Shown here one piece after another: positions 1 through 10,580 of a stretch of DNA of 64,000 bases. Position 1 is the stretch's first letter; every line of letters begins with the position of its first letter. The notes under the pieces are model-generated. The model was not told the origin of the DNA, did not search any database, and worked only from the letters and a program-made list of their open reading frames with translations. A program made the position numbers and the translations under genes. The stretch is taken from NCBI GenBank assembly GCA_035259575.1, contig DATFWE010000009.1, positions 29,800 to 93,799 of the forward strand, given 5' to 3'. The stretch is from Haliangiales bacterium. GTDB taxonomy: Bacteria; Myxococcota_A; Polyangia; Haliangiales; SHYZ01.

Positions 1-1
1 G

Positions 2-2164
<2,163 letters not shown>

Positions 2165-2180
2165 GCGCGCGGGGCTGCTT

Positions 2181-3155
2181 ATGCTGGCGCGGGCCGTCGG
2201 GCCGGGGCCGGCCGAGGAGCTCGACGCGGACCTTTGCGACCTGGCTGCGCGCGAGGGGCTCGCGCCGCTGCTCGGCGCGCGGATCGCCCGGGGCGAGATC
2301 GACGCCGGCAGCGCGGGGGCCGCGCTCGCGCGCGCGCATCGCGAGGAGCTGGCGCGGGGCCTGATGCGCGAGCGTGCGGTGCGCCTGCTCGGGCGCGCGC
2401 TCGCGCAGGCGGGAATCCCGTGGCTGCTGCTGAAAGGCGCGGCCCTCGAGCGCAGTGTCTACGCGCCGGGAGAACGGCCCATGCACGACGTGGACGTCCT
2501 GGTGCCGGCGGCGCGCTTCGCCGACGCGGGGCGTCTCGCGCGAGGCGTCGGCGCGGAGCCGCTCGGGCCGGCGAGCCGCCCCGTGACCGGCCGGTTCGAG
2601 TACGCGGCCGCGTTCGCGCTGCCGCCGGGCGTGGGCGTCGAGATCCACCGTGCCGTCGGTCCGTCGCCGCTGTTCGCGGTGGACGTCGCGGCCCTGTTCC
2701 GGCGCGCGAGCGCGTGCACCGACGGCGCGCTCGTTCCGGACGCGACCGACCTGTTCCTGCTGCTGGCGTTGCACGCGGCGAAGCATGGGTTCTGCCTGCC
2801 GTTCCGCTCGGTCGTCGACGGTCTGCGCCTGGCGGCGGCGGGCACGGTCGATCGGGGCGCGCTCGTCGCCCGCGCGCGCGCGTTCCGAGCGCGCCGGGCC
2901 CTCGCGGCGTGGGTGGGCGTGCTCGAGTCGTTCGGCCTCGACGCCGACTTCGCCGCCGCAGTGCGGGCGGCGCTGCCGCCGACCGCCGTCGCCGCGGCCG
3001 CGATGCTCGCCCGCTCCGCGCCCTGGCCCCACGACGGCGGGGGATGGCCGCGCCGCGCGCGCATCGCCCTCTCCGTCGAGGGCTGGCGCGGGGCCGGCTG
3101 GCTGCTGCTGCGCGCGGCGCTGCGCGTCGCGGATCTCGTGGCGGCGCGGTCGTAG
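2181..3155 (+). CDS. Nucleotidyltransferase-fold protein (uncharacterised NTP_transf_5-like family)
   Basis: Motif block WLLLKGAALERSVYAPGERPMHDVDVLVP resembles the 'uncharacterised nucleotidyltransferase' family. I chose the ATG at 2181 (MLARAVGP..), 17 nt after the Wzc stop. The longer ORF-track start at 2073 overlaps Wzc and encodes low-complexity junk. Confidence 0.6.
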   Translation: MLARAVGPGPAEELDADLCDLAAREGLAPLLGARIARGEIDAGSAGAALARAHREELARGLMRERAVRLLGRALAQAGIPWLLLKGAALERSVYAPGERPMHDVDVLVPAARFADAGRLARGVGAEPLGPASRPVTGRFEYAAAFALPPGVGVEIHRAVGPSPLFAVDVAALFRRASACTDGALVPDATDLFLLLALHAAKHGFCLPFRSVVDGLRLAAAGTVDRGALVARARAFRARRALAAWVGVLESFGLDADFAAAVRAALPPTAVAAAAMLARSAPWPHDGGGWPRRARIALSVEGWRGAGWLLLRAALRVADLVAARS

Positions 3156-3179
3156 ACGAAGAAACCCGTGAACGGTGCC

Positions 3180-4307
3180 CTAATAGCTTCCCGACAGTCG
3201 GTCGTAGAGCGCCTCGTACGCGCGCACGCTGGCCTGGATATCGTAGGCGCGGGTGATCGTTTCGCGGGCGCGCCGGCCGATCGTAGCCGCCTCGGCGCGA
3301 TGGTGCGCGATCCACACCATTCGGTCGACCAGCGCCGCGATATCGCGGGGTGGCACGAGCCAGCCAGTACGCTCGGGCTCGATGAACTCGGGGAGCGCGT
3401 CGGTCGCCGCCCCGATCGTCGGCAGTCCGGCCGACATCGCCTCGAGCACCGCAATGCCGAGCGCCTCGGTGGTGGCTGGGTGGACGTAGGCGTCGAACCC
3501 GCCGAGGAGCCGCGGGATGTCGGTCCGCTCCCCCAGGAAATGGACCCGCCCGCGGGCCCCGACGGCGTCGGCCTGCCGCTCGAGCTCCTCCCGCAGGGGG
3601 CCGATGCCGCACAGGAACAGGCGCGCGGTGGGAACGCGCGCCAGCGTCTGCGCGAACGCATCGATCACGTAGCGCTGCCCCTTGACGGGGACGAGCCGCG
3701 CCACGTTGGCGAAAGCGAGGTCGTCGGACCCGATGCCCAGCTCAGCCCGTACCGCCGCGCGGCTCCCGTCCGCGGCGACGGCAATCGCGCGCGCGTCGAT
3801 CCCGTTGGGGATGATGGTCGGCTCGCTTCGTCGCAGCTCCGGATGCTGCTTCGCGGTGGCGTCGAAGCAGGCGCGGCTGATGAAGACGTTCACGTGGGAC
3901 AGGCCGAGCGTGAGGTCGAGCGCGTTCCGGGTCCTGGGCTGGTACTGATAGTGCATCCCCTGCTCTGTGGTCACGACCGCCTTCACCCGCGCCAGTCTGC
4001 CCACCAGCCGCGCCGCGATCACCGCGTACGGGTTGTGCGCCTGCAGGATCTGGGGGCGCCGGCGGCCGAGCAAGACCGCCAGCCGCGCCAGCGAGCGCGG
4101 GTCGGGGCGGCGCCGTTCGCGGAGGTTGAACACCTCGACGCCGAGCGCTTCGATCGCCGCGCGCAGGGTGTCGCTTCCGCCGATCTGGCAGACGCTGGGC
4201 TCGAAGCGCGCGCGGTCGGTGTAGCGGAGCTGGTTCAGGACGAAGTTCTCTGCACCTCCGGCCGCGAGCGAATTGATGAGGATGAGCAGGCGGCGCGGCC
4301 CCGGCAT
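3180..4307 (-). CDS. Glycosyltransferase, GT4 (GT-B fold) family
   Basis: N-terminus MPGPRRLLILINSLAAGGAENFV and C-terminal EALGIAVLEAMSAGLPTI are typical GT4 signatures (EX7E-type region). The ATG at 4307 overlaps the upstream gene's TGA by 1 nt (TGATG). The rest of the 683-aa track ORF is out-of-frame junk over the next gene. Confidence 0.85.
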   Translation of the reverse strand: MPGPRRLLILINSLAAGGAENFVLNQLRYTDRARFEPSVCQIGGSDTLRAAIEALGVEVFNLRERRRPDPRSLARLAVLLGRRRPQILQAHNPYAVIAARLVGRLARVKAVVTTEQGMHYQYQPRTRNALDLTLGLSHVNVFISRACFDATAKQHPELRRSEPTIIPNGIDARAIAVAADGSRAAVRAELGIGSDDLAFANVARLVPVKGQRYVIDAFAQTLARVPTARLFLCGIGPLREELERQADAVGARGRVHFLGERTDIPRLLGGFDAYVHPATTEALGIAVLEAMSAGLPTIGAATDALPEFIEPERTGWLVPPRDIAALVDRMVWIAHHRAEAATIGRRARETITRAYDIQASVRAYEALYDRLSGSY

Positions 4308-5530
4308 CAGAGAACTTGTCGCAAGGTCGCGGGCTCGGACCGATCGGTCGGGGGACCGTCCGCCGGGTCCACGCGCACGCCACGAGACTCGATCTCCTCC
4401 ACGCTCGCCTTGCGATGGAGCTTCACCCGCAGCGGCTCGCCCGCCTCGGCGAACCGCGTCCCGGTGGCGGCAACGCGGTACGGGGTGACGACCACGTCGT
4501 TGTACCCCTCCTCGCGGTACCACTCGAGGACCTCCTCCACCGAATGGAGGAACGTGTACTTGCACGCATACATGTCGTAATTGCGGACTACGTTGAATGC
4601 CGCGTTCTCCATCGGCTTGTAGGCATCCGGCGGCACCCGCGCGATGACGTCGGCGATGCGTCGGAAGCCGAGCCGCCGGATCCCCTCGGCGAAACGCCGC
4701 TTCGCCCACAGCCCCCGGCAGAACGCCTCGAGGAGCGGGTGAGGAAGGTTCGACACCGCCCCGCGCAGGGGGCCGAACCCATACCACGCGAGGTCGGGCG
4801 GGAGTGGATCGTCCCACTTCGTCATCGGGCGCTCGTACACATAGATGCTGAGCCGTCCGCCGACCTTGACGGTATGCGCGAGCTCGCGGAACCCGCGCTG
4901 GGGGTCCGGCGTGATCATCAGGACGCCGAAGGTCACCGTGTGGTCGAAGGTTCCGGTCTTCACGGGCGGCATCAACAGGTTCCCCTGGATCACATGGACG
5001 TTCGGGTGCGCGGCGGCGTGGTCGGCCGCCATCTCGCATGCGGTGGACAGGTCCATGGCAAGGACGGCCTTCGCGCCCGCCGCAACATACGTGGGAAGAA
5101 AGCGACCGCCGCCGCACCCCGCGTCGAAGACCAGCTTGCCGGCGAGCTCGCTCGGGGGAACGCCCGTTCGGGCCTCGAAGATCGCTTCGTTGTCGAGATG
5201 GTAGGACTGATCGCGCTGCATCTTCTTCCACCAGTTGCCGTAGGCAACCTTGGTGGTGGAGACGTCCTCGACCAGCGCCTTGTCGAAGTCGACGAGGTTC
5301 TTCGGCATGCGCGCGCGCAGCGCCGCCTGGTGCTTGCGAACGAACGCGGGGCGGTCCTGGAACGCCTCGGCGAGCAGCCGGGGGATCGATCCGACGATGG
5401 GGTAGGCGGCGCCGCAGCCGCAGCGCAGAAGACCCTCGGTGACGTGGTCGCCGCTCGACTCGAACGGCTGGACCGTCAGGTCACGGCGGCACAGCGGACA
5501 GGCGATCCAAGCGAGCAACTCCCGGCGCAT
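4307..5530 (-). CDS. Class I SAM-dependent methyltransferase with N-terminal Trm112-like zinc ribbon
   Basis: N-terminal CPLCRRDL..LRCGCGAAYPIVGSIPRLL is a Trm112-type Zn ribbon. The SAM-binding motif I is VFDAGCGGGRF. Composition is balanced over 407 aa. Confidence 0.8.
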   Translation of the reverse strand: MRRELLAWIACPLCRRDLTVQPFESSGDHVTEGLLRCGCGAAYPIVGSIPRLLAEAFQDRPAFVRKHQAALRARMPKNLVDFDKALVEDVSTTKVAYGNWWKKMQRDQSYHLDNEAIFEARTGVPPSELAGKLVFDAGCGGGRFLPTYVAAGAKAVLAMDLSTACEMAADHAAAHPNVHVIQGNLLMPPVKTGTFDHTVTFGVLMITPDPQRGFRELAHTVKVGGRLSIYVYERPMTKWDDPLPPDLAWYGFGPLRGAVSNLPHPLLEAFCRGLWAKRRFAEGIRRLGFRRIADVIARVPPDAYKPMENAAFNVVRNYDMYACKYTFLHSVEEVLEWYREEGYNDVVVTPYRVAATGTRFAEAGEPLRVKLHRKASVEEIESRGVRVDPADGPPTDRSEPATLRQVL

Positions 5531-5608
5531 CCCAGCCTCCTCGTGGCTCAGTGAGTAGCAGGAAGCGGGATGGCCCGCAAGACGCGCGCCGCGGTCCCGC
5601 TCGGTGGC

Positions 5609-7540
5609 TCAGCTCGCCTTGCTGCCGTCCGCCTCCGCCCGGTCGAGGACGTCGAGGACGCGCATCGGCTGGCTCCAGCTGGCCCGAGGGCGCGGTTCCG
5701 CAAACTCGGGCACCATCCGGTGGAGGAGCTCGAGCACCCCATCGCGATCGTGCTCGTCCACGGCCCGGCGCATCTCCTCGACCTGCGCTTCGAACGCGGC
5801 GATATCGATGGGCCGATGGCGCGCCACGAGGATCTTGGGGTGCGCGGTATGCTCCGCCTGCTCGGCCTCGAGGTAGAGCTCCTCGTAGAGCTTCTCGCCG
5901 GGACGGATCCCCGTGTACACGACCTCGATATCCACCTCGGGGCGCAGCCCCGACAGCGTGATGAGGTCGTGCGCGAGGTCCACGATCTTCACCGGCTCGC
6001 CCATGTCCAGCATGAACACCTCGTTGGCCTTGCCCATGGCAGACGCCTGGATGACGAGCTGCACCGCCTCGGGGATGGTCATGAAGTAGCGTCGCATCTC
6101 CGGGTGGGTGATGGTGACCGGCCCGCCGACCGCAATCTGCTCCTTGAGCACCGGCACCACGCTCCCTTGCGAGCCGAGCACGTTGCCGAAGCGTACCGAC
6201 GTGTAGCGCGTGGGGCCGGGACGGCAGCGGATCCACAGCTCGGCGGCCCGCTTGGTCGCGCCCATCACGCTCGACGGGTTCACCGCCTTGTCGGTGGAGA
6301 TGAGCACGAACGTCTCGGCGCCGAGCTGCCCCGCGAGCCGGGCGACGACCTCCGTCCCGAACAGGTTGTTGCGCACGCCCTCGACGGGGTTGGCCTCGAG
6401 CACGGGGACGTGCTTGTGCGCCGCGGCGTGGAAGATCACCTGCGGGTTCTCCGCCGCGAACAACGCTTCCATGTAGGGCAAATCGGTGATGTCGCCCAGA
6501 CGGTAGGCGACGTTGCCGCGCTCGCCGGCCCTGCCGAGCGCCCGCTCCAGGTAGAACAGCGCGTTCTCGTCGTGGTCCAGGCAGACGAGGCTCTTCGGCT
6601 GATGATGGAGGACCTGCCGCGCCACCTCCGAGCCGATCGAACCCGCAGCCCCGGTGACGAGTACGCGCTTGCCGCGGAGGAACTTGCCGATCGCGACGAG
6701 GTCGAGCTCGATGGGCGGGCGGCGCAGGAGGTCGTTGATGTTCACCTCGCGCGCCGAGCCGAGGCCGATCTTACGATCGAGCACCTCCCACAGCGCCGGC
6801 ATCACGCGGAACGGTACGCCCGCGTCGCGGCAATGCCCGATGATGCCGCGCATCTCCGCGCCCGACGCCGACGGCGTGGCCACCACGATCTCGTCGATGC
6901 GGAACCGCTTCACCGCGTCGGCGACGCGCGCGACCGTCCCCCACACGGGCACGCCGTTGATGTAGGCGCCGCGCTTTTCCGCCGCGTCATCGAGGAACGC
7001 CACGACGTGGTAGTTCATACGCAGGCTTTGGCGCGTCTCGCGGAGGAGCGCCTCGCCGGTGTCGCCGGCGCCGATGATGAGCAGGCGCTTGCGGTGGCCG
7101 GGCTCGCGCTCCCCGGGGAGCTGGCGCATGAGTCGGACGATGAGCCGGCTGCCGATCGACAGGCCCACCACCAGCACCGCGTTCACGAAGAACACCGAGC
7201 GCGGGAACTGGTCGTGCTTGTGGAAGATGACCACGTACGTCGCCAGGCCGAGCGCCCCCAGGAACGCGGCCTTGAGGGCGTTCAGGAAGTCGGAGATGCC
7301 GACGTAGCGCCACCACCCGCGCGTGAGCTTGAACGCGTAAAAGGCGGCGTACTGGATCGCGATCGCGGCGGGAAGGGTCCTGACGAACACCTTCTCCATG
7401 AACGCCGGGACCCCGAAGTCGAAACGGAGGAGGACGGCCAGCGAATACGCCGTGGCCGCCACGACCAGGTTCGCGATCGTCGTGAGCGCCACGCGATGGC
7501 GCAGGAGGCGCGGAGCGGGTACGGAGTCTATGTGGGACAC
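5609..7540 (-). CDS. Membrane-anchored NDP-sugar 4,6-dehydratase/epimerase (CapD/PglF/WbpM family)
   Basis: Four N-terminal TM segments precede two Rossmann regions (LLIIGAGDTGEAL; VLVTGAAGSIGSE) and the family-typical block SVRFGNVLGSQGSVVP. GTG start at 7540. Confidence 0.9.
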   Translation of the reverse strand: MSHIDSVPAPRLLRHRVALTTIANLVVAATAYSLAVLLRFDFGVPAFMEKVFVRTLPAAIAIQYAAFYAFKLTRGWWRYVGISDFLNALKAAFLGALGLATYVVIFHKHDQFPRSVFFVNAVLVVGLSIGSRLIVRLMRQLPGEREPGHRKRLLIIGAGDTGEALLRETRQSLRMNYHVVAFLDDAAEKRGAYINGVPVWGTVARVADAVKRFRIDEIVVATPSASGAEMRGIIGHCRDAGVPFRVMPALWEVLDRKIGLGSAREVNINDLLRRPPIELDLVAIGKFLRGKRVLVTGAAGSIGSEVARQVLHHQPKSLVCLDHDENALFYLERALGRAGERGNVAYRLGDITDLPYMEALFAAENPQVIFHAAAHKHVPVLEANPVEGVRNNLFGTEVVARLAGQLGAETFVLISTDKAVNPSSVMGATKRAAELWIRCRPGPTRYTSVRFGNVLGSQGSVVPVLKEQIAVGGPVTITHPEMRRYFMTIPEAVQLVIQASAMGKANEVFMLDMGEPVKIVDLAHDLITLSGLRPEVDIEVVYTGIRPGEKLYEELYLEAEQAEHTAHPKILVARHRPIDIAAFEAQVEEMRRAVDEHDRDGVLELLHRMVPEFAEPRPRASWSQPMRVLDVLDRAEADGSKAS

Positions 7541-7647
7541 GGGGCGCCCATCCTATTCCACACCCAGGTTTTCGCAAGTGAACTCGCGCACTCGCGCACT
7601 ACCAGGGTTGGTGCCCCGCGGCGTGCGGGATGTTCATTCGTCGCGCG

Positions 7648-8232
7648 TCAGAAGACGCGCTCGGGGACAAACACCACATCCCCGGGACGAAGGAGGAAGT
7701 TCGGCGCTTTTCCCTGCCCGATCTCCTCCACGGCCACCTCGATGCGCTCGGTCGTGGCGCCTGTGCCGCGCGTGACGCGGACGCTGTTCTTCTTCGCCAT
7801 GGCCGTGAACCCGCCGGCGCGCGAGATGACCTCGACGATCGACATGTTTTCGGTGTAGGGGAATGTGCCTGGAGATCGCACCTGGCCGAACACGCTCACG
7901 CGGCGCGAGCGATAGTCGGTGACGCGCACCGACACCGAGGGTCGCTTGATGTAGCCGTCGGCGAGCCGCGTCTCGATCTCCCGCTCGATCTGGGGCGGCG
8001 TCTTGCCCGCGACCTCGACCACGCCGATGAGCGGGAAGTTGATCGTCCCGTCGACGGCGACCTCGTAGGCCGCGGTCAGCGCGGCCTCACCGTACACGCG
8101 CACGTCGAACACGTCCCCCGGTCCGACCGCGCTGTCCGCTGCCGGGGGCGGCCCCGACGTGGGGTACGGGCCGCCGGCCGCGTCGGCGCACCCCGCCACC
8201 GCCATCCACAGCGCCAGCGCTCGCAGCCGCAT
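7648..8232 (-). CDS. Short outer-membrane polysaccharide export (OPX/Wza-like) lipoprotein
   Basis: Lipobox LWMAVAGC. A Poly_export motif region (GPGDVFDVRVYGE...TINFPLIGVVEVAGKTPPQIEREI) is followed by one SLBB-like repeat (..VSVFGQVRSPGTFPY..). At 194 aa there is no C-terminal Wza D4 helix. The start lies 7 nt after the upstream stop. Confidence 0.85.
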   Translation of the reverse strand: MRLRALALWMAVAGCADAAGGPYPTSGPPPAADSAVGPGDVFDVRVYGEAALTAAYEVAVDGTINFPLIGVVEVAGKTPPQIEREIETRLADGYIKRPSVSVRVTDYRSRRVSVFGQVRSPGTFPYTENMSIVEVISRAGGFTAMAKKNSVRVTRGTGATTERIEVAVEEIGQGKAPNFLLRPGDVVFVPERVF

Positions 8233-8239
8233 GTTCCGG

Positions 8240-8815
8240 TCAGCTCTTCGGGCTGCCCACGGGCAGCGGATCCACGACGGGGAAGCCGGGCTCGCCGAAC
8301 ACCGTGGGGTCCTCGGGGATCCTGGGCTCCTCCACCGTGACGGTGGTCTTGCCGAGGTAGGTCAGTTCCTCTCCGACGCACTGCTCCGCCTCGGCGGAGA
8401 TGCGCTGGGACTCCTGGTACGCCAGGGTGATCCGACCGAACTGATGATAGCGATCCGCCTCGTCGCCGCGCGCGATGGCGGTGACGAGGTTGGTGTTGGC
8501 TTGGTCGGCGATGTTCAGCACCGCCTTGAGCTGCAGCTCCTTGTCGTTGATGCAGTTGAGCTTGATGACGTCCTTCAGCCGCTTGGCCTGATCCTGAAGC
8601 TGTACGATGTGCTTAAGCATCTCCTCCATGCGCGTCTTGTAGTCGGCGACCTGCTTGACCATGTCGCTCGGGGAGATCTCGGCGCGGGTGGCGCCGGGCA
8701 CCTCGACGTCCGGCTTGGCCGGCACCGGGCCCGCGTCCTGCGCGAGCACGATCCCGCCCGTCAGCAGCGCGCCGACGGTCGCAACCAGGCCAAAAGTAAG
8801 ACGCGTTCGCACCAT
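8240..8815 (-). CDS. Secreted hypothetical protein (helical); last gene of the Glt/Nfs-like cluster
   Basis: Signal peptide (LTFGLVATVGALLTGGIVLAQD) followed by balanced, helix-prone sequence. No family motif recognised. It occupies the GltH/NfsH position but does not look like a beta-barrel. Confidence 0.6.
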   Translation of the reverse strand: MVRTRLTFGLVATVGALLTGGIVLAQDAGPVPAKPDVEVPGATRAEISPSDMVKQVADYKTRMEEMLKHIVQLQDQAKRLKDVIKLNCINDKELQLKAVLNIADQANTNLVTAIARGDEADRYHQFGRITLAYQESQRISAEAEQCVGEELTYLGKTTVTVEEPRIPEDPTVFGEPGFPVVDPLPVGSPKS

Positions 8816-8880
8816 CGGTGAGTATAGGAACCCCGTCCGGGGGTGTCAAACGGGTTGGTTGCCGGAGTGTGATGGATCGT

Positions 8881-10269
8881 TCACAGCTTGCGGAGGATGA
8901 ACGGGATCTCGAACTCCGCCGGGGCCTGGGGCTTCGTGAAGCGCCAGCGGCGCACCTCCTGCTCGATGCAGCTGTCGACCGACGAATCGAAACCGCTGAC
9001 CGACGCCTTGATGACGTTCCCCGCCACGCCGACGGTGAACGCGATGTCCACGCGCCCGCCGAGGTTGGGGTTGGTCTTGAGCCCCCGCTGGTAGCAGGCA
9101 TTCACTTTCTGCTTGTAGAGTCGCCCGATGGTGGTCGCCACCACGTTGGGATCGAGGCCGACCTCCCCTTCGCCCTCGAGCCTGCCCGCCTCGGTGCGGG
9201 TCTTGATCTGCTCCTCGACCTTCTCCCGCCCGGTCGAGCCGGGCCCCTCGGGCCCGGTGACGCCGATCTCCTTGCCCGACGCCACGTCGCCGGTGCCGGT
9301 GGTGCGCGTCCCGCTGGACGTCGTCGCGATCTGCACGCCGCCCTCCTGCCCGACCTTCTTCAGACCCTTGTCGAGGTCGCCCCACGCCTCCTTGTCCGAC
9401 GTCGCGATCGCCGTGCCGTTCTTGCCCTTCGCCGCGAGCTGATTGAGCGTGCGGATGACCGCGCTCGATTCCACCTTGGCCTTGATGTCGGCAGCGCTCG
9501 GCTTCTCCTTCTCCTCGACCTTGGGCTTGTCCTCGCCCTTCTTCTCCGCCTTCTTCTCTTCCTTCTTCTCCCCCTCGTTCTGCATGCCCGGCTTCTCCGG
9601 CTCTTTCGGCGGGGTGGGCGGCTTGGGCCGCGTCATGACGACGCGCGCGAACTGGTCGGGAATGACGTCCGGCGGCGGCGGGTTCGTGTCCTTCACGAAG
9701 AACTTGAAGTAACAGAACACGATGATGTGCACCGCGAGCGAGATGGACAGCACCACCGACAGGTAGGGGTCGATGCGGTCGGTGAAGCTGCCCTTGACCG
9801 AATGCGGCAGTTGGGGGCGCGGCTGCAGCGGGGGCGCCTGCACGAACTGGAACAGCAGCGTCATCTCGCCGATGACGATCTTCCCGCGCGAGGCCTCGGT
9901 GACCGCTATGAGCCAGCCCGACTTGGTCGGGCCCTGGCCCACCCGCTGGGCTCGGCCCGTCTGCTTGAGCTGCGCGAGCGTGAGCACCTGGCCGCCGTCG
10001 CTGATGCGGCCGTCCATCGTCTCGGACACGTGGAGGACGTAGCGCCCCCCCGTGAGCTGGAACAACGGCCAGCTGCGCGGCAGCTCCGGCGTGGGCACCG
10101 AGAACGTATTCCTGGCCGACTGGCCGATGCTCACCGGCCCCCGGTCGCGGATGAGCCGCTCCTCGACGATCTTGTCGCCGAGGATCACCCCGATGCGCAG
10201 GATCTTCGGCCGGGGGACCGCGTCGGCTCGCGGCGGGGATTGGGCTTGCTGTGGCATCTGAGGCTGCAT
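8881..10269 (-). CDS. GltG/PglI-like bitopic protein: cytoplasmic FHA-like N-domain, one TM, K/E/P-rich linker, AgmX/PglI (TonB-C-like) C-terminal domain
   Basis: The C-terminus ..VNACYQRGLKTNPNLGGRVDIAFTVGVAGNVIKASVSGFDSSVDSCIEQEVRRWRFTKPQAPAEFEIPFIL matches the myxobacterial AgmX/PglI tail pattern. TM segment LSVVLSISLAVHIIVFCYF. I chose the ATG at 10269, preceded by GAGGA and lying 8 nt after the upstream stop. The track start at 10344 would overlap the upstream gene. Confidence 0.75.
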   Translation of the reverse strand: MQPQMPQQAQSPPRADAVPRPKILRIGVILGDKIVEERLIRDRGPVSIGQSARNTFSVPTPELPRSWPLFQLTGGRYVLHVSETMDGRISDGGQVLTLAQLKQTGRAQRVGQGPTKSGWLIAVTEASRGKIVIGEMTLLFQFVQAPPLQPRPQLPHSVKGSFTDRIDPYLSVVLSISLAVHIIVFCYFKFFVKDTNPPPPDVIPDQFARVVMTRPKPPTPPKEPEKPGMQNEGEKKEEKKAEKKGEDKPKVEEKEKPSAADIKAKVESSAVIRTLNQLAAKGKNGTAIATSDKEAWGDLDKGLKKVGQEGGVQIATTSSGTRTTGTGDVASGKEIGVTGPEGPGSTGREKVEEQIKTRTEAGRLEGEGEVGLDPNVVATTIGRLYKQKVNACYQRGLKTNPNLGGRVDIAFTVGVAGNVIKASVSGFDSSVDSCIEQEVRRWRFTKPQAPAEFEIPFILRKL

Positions 10270-10277
10270 ATGTCCTC

Positions 10278-10580
10278 TCAGAACGGGCTGTCTTCCACCG
10301 TGCGGAAGACCTTGGGCAGGAAGTTCTGCTTCAGCGTCTCCCACTCGTAGTTGATCGTCGAGCTGAGGAGCCCGTACAGGATCTCCGGCTTGGGGACCTT
10401 GCCGCAGATGACGAAGCCGGTCTTGATGCGAAAGATCTTCTTCCCGTCGGGCCCGATGACCACCTCGTACTTGGTCTTCTGCTCACCTTGCGGCACCTCG
10501 TCCGAGCAGCGCGGCTGCGCCTTCTGCGCCGCCGCGGACAGCGATGCCAGGAGGAGCACTGGGATGATCGCCGCTTTCAC
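10278..10580 (-). CDS. Small secreted protein (GltF/NfsF position)
   Basis: 100 aa with a signal peptide (MKAAIIPVLLLASLSAAAQ). The GTG start overlaps the upstream TGA (GTGA). Assignment rests on position and size only. Confidence 0.55.
   Translation of the reverse strand: MKAAIIPVLLLASLSAAAQKAQPRCSDEVPQGEQKTKYEVVIGPDGKKIFRIKTGFVICGKVPKPEILYGLLSSTINYEWETLKQNFLPKVFRTVEDSPF

Noticed and set aside
2179-3612. 477-aa and 400-aa minus-strand ORFs (2179-3612, 2459-3661)
   Set aside because: Their composition is extremely Arg/Pro/Ala-rich, and they lie antisense to the nucleotidyltransferase-fold gene. They are not credible proteins.
3180-5231. 683-aa ORF taken as one gene
   Set aside because: Only the C-terminal 375 aa (from the ATG at 4307) look like a GT4. 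The N-terminal part is an alternative frame over the methyltransferase gene and has junk composition.
5570-7858. 762-aa plus-strand ORF
   Set aside because: It is antisense to the CapD/PglF-like gene and to the OPX gene. The His/Arg/Leu/Asp-rich composition is typical of an antisense frame.
10270-10344. Upstream start (10344) for the GltG/PglI-like gene
   Set aside because: It would overlap the preceding small gene by 67 nt. The ATG at 10269 has a GAGGA Shine-Dalgarno sequence and sits 8 nt after the upstream stop.
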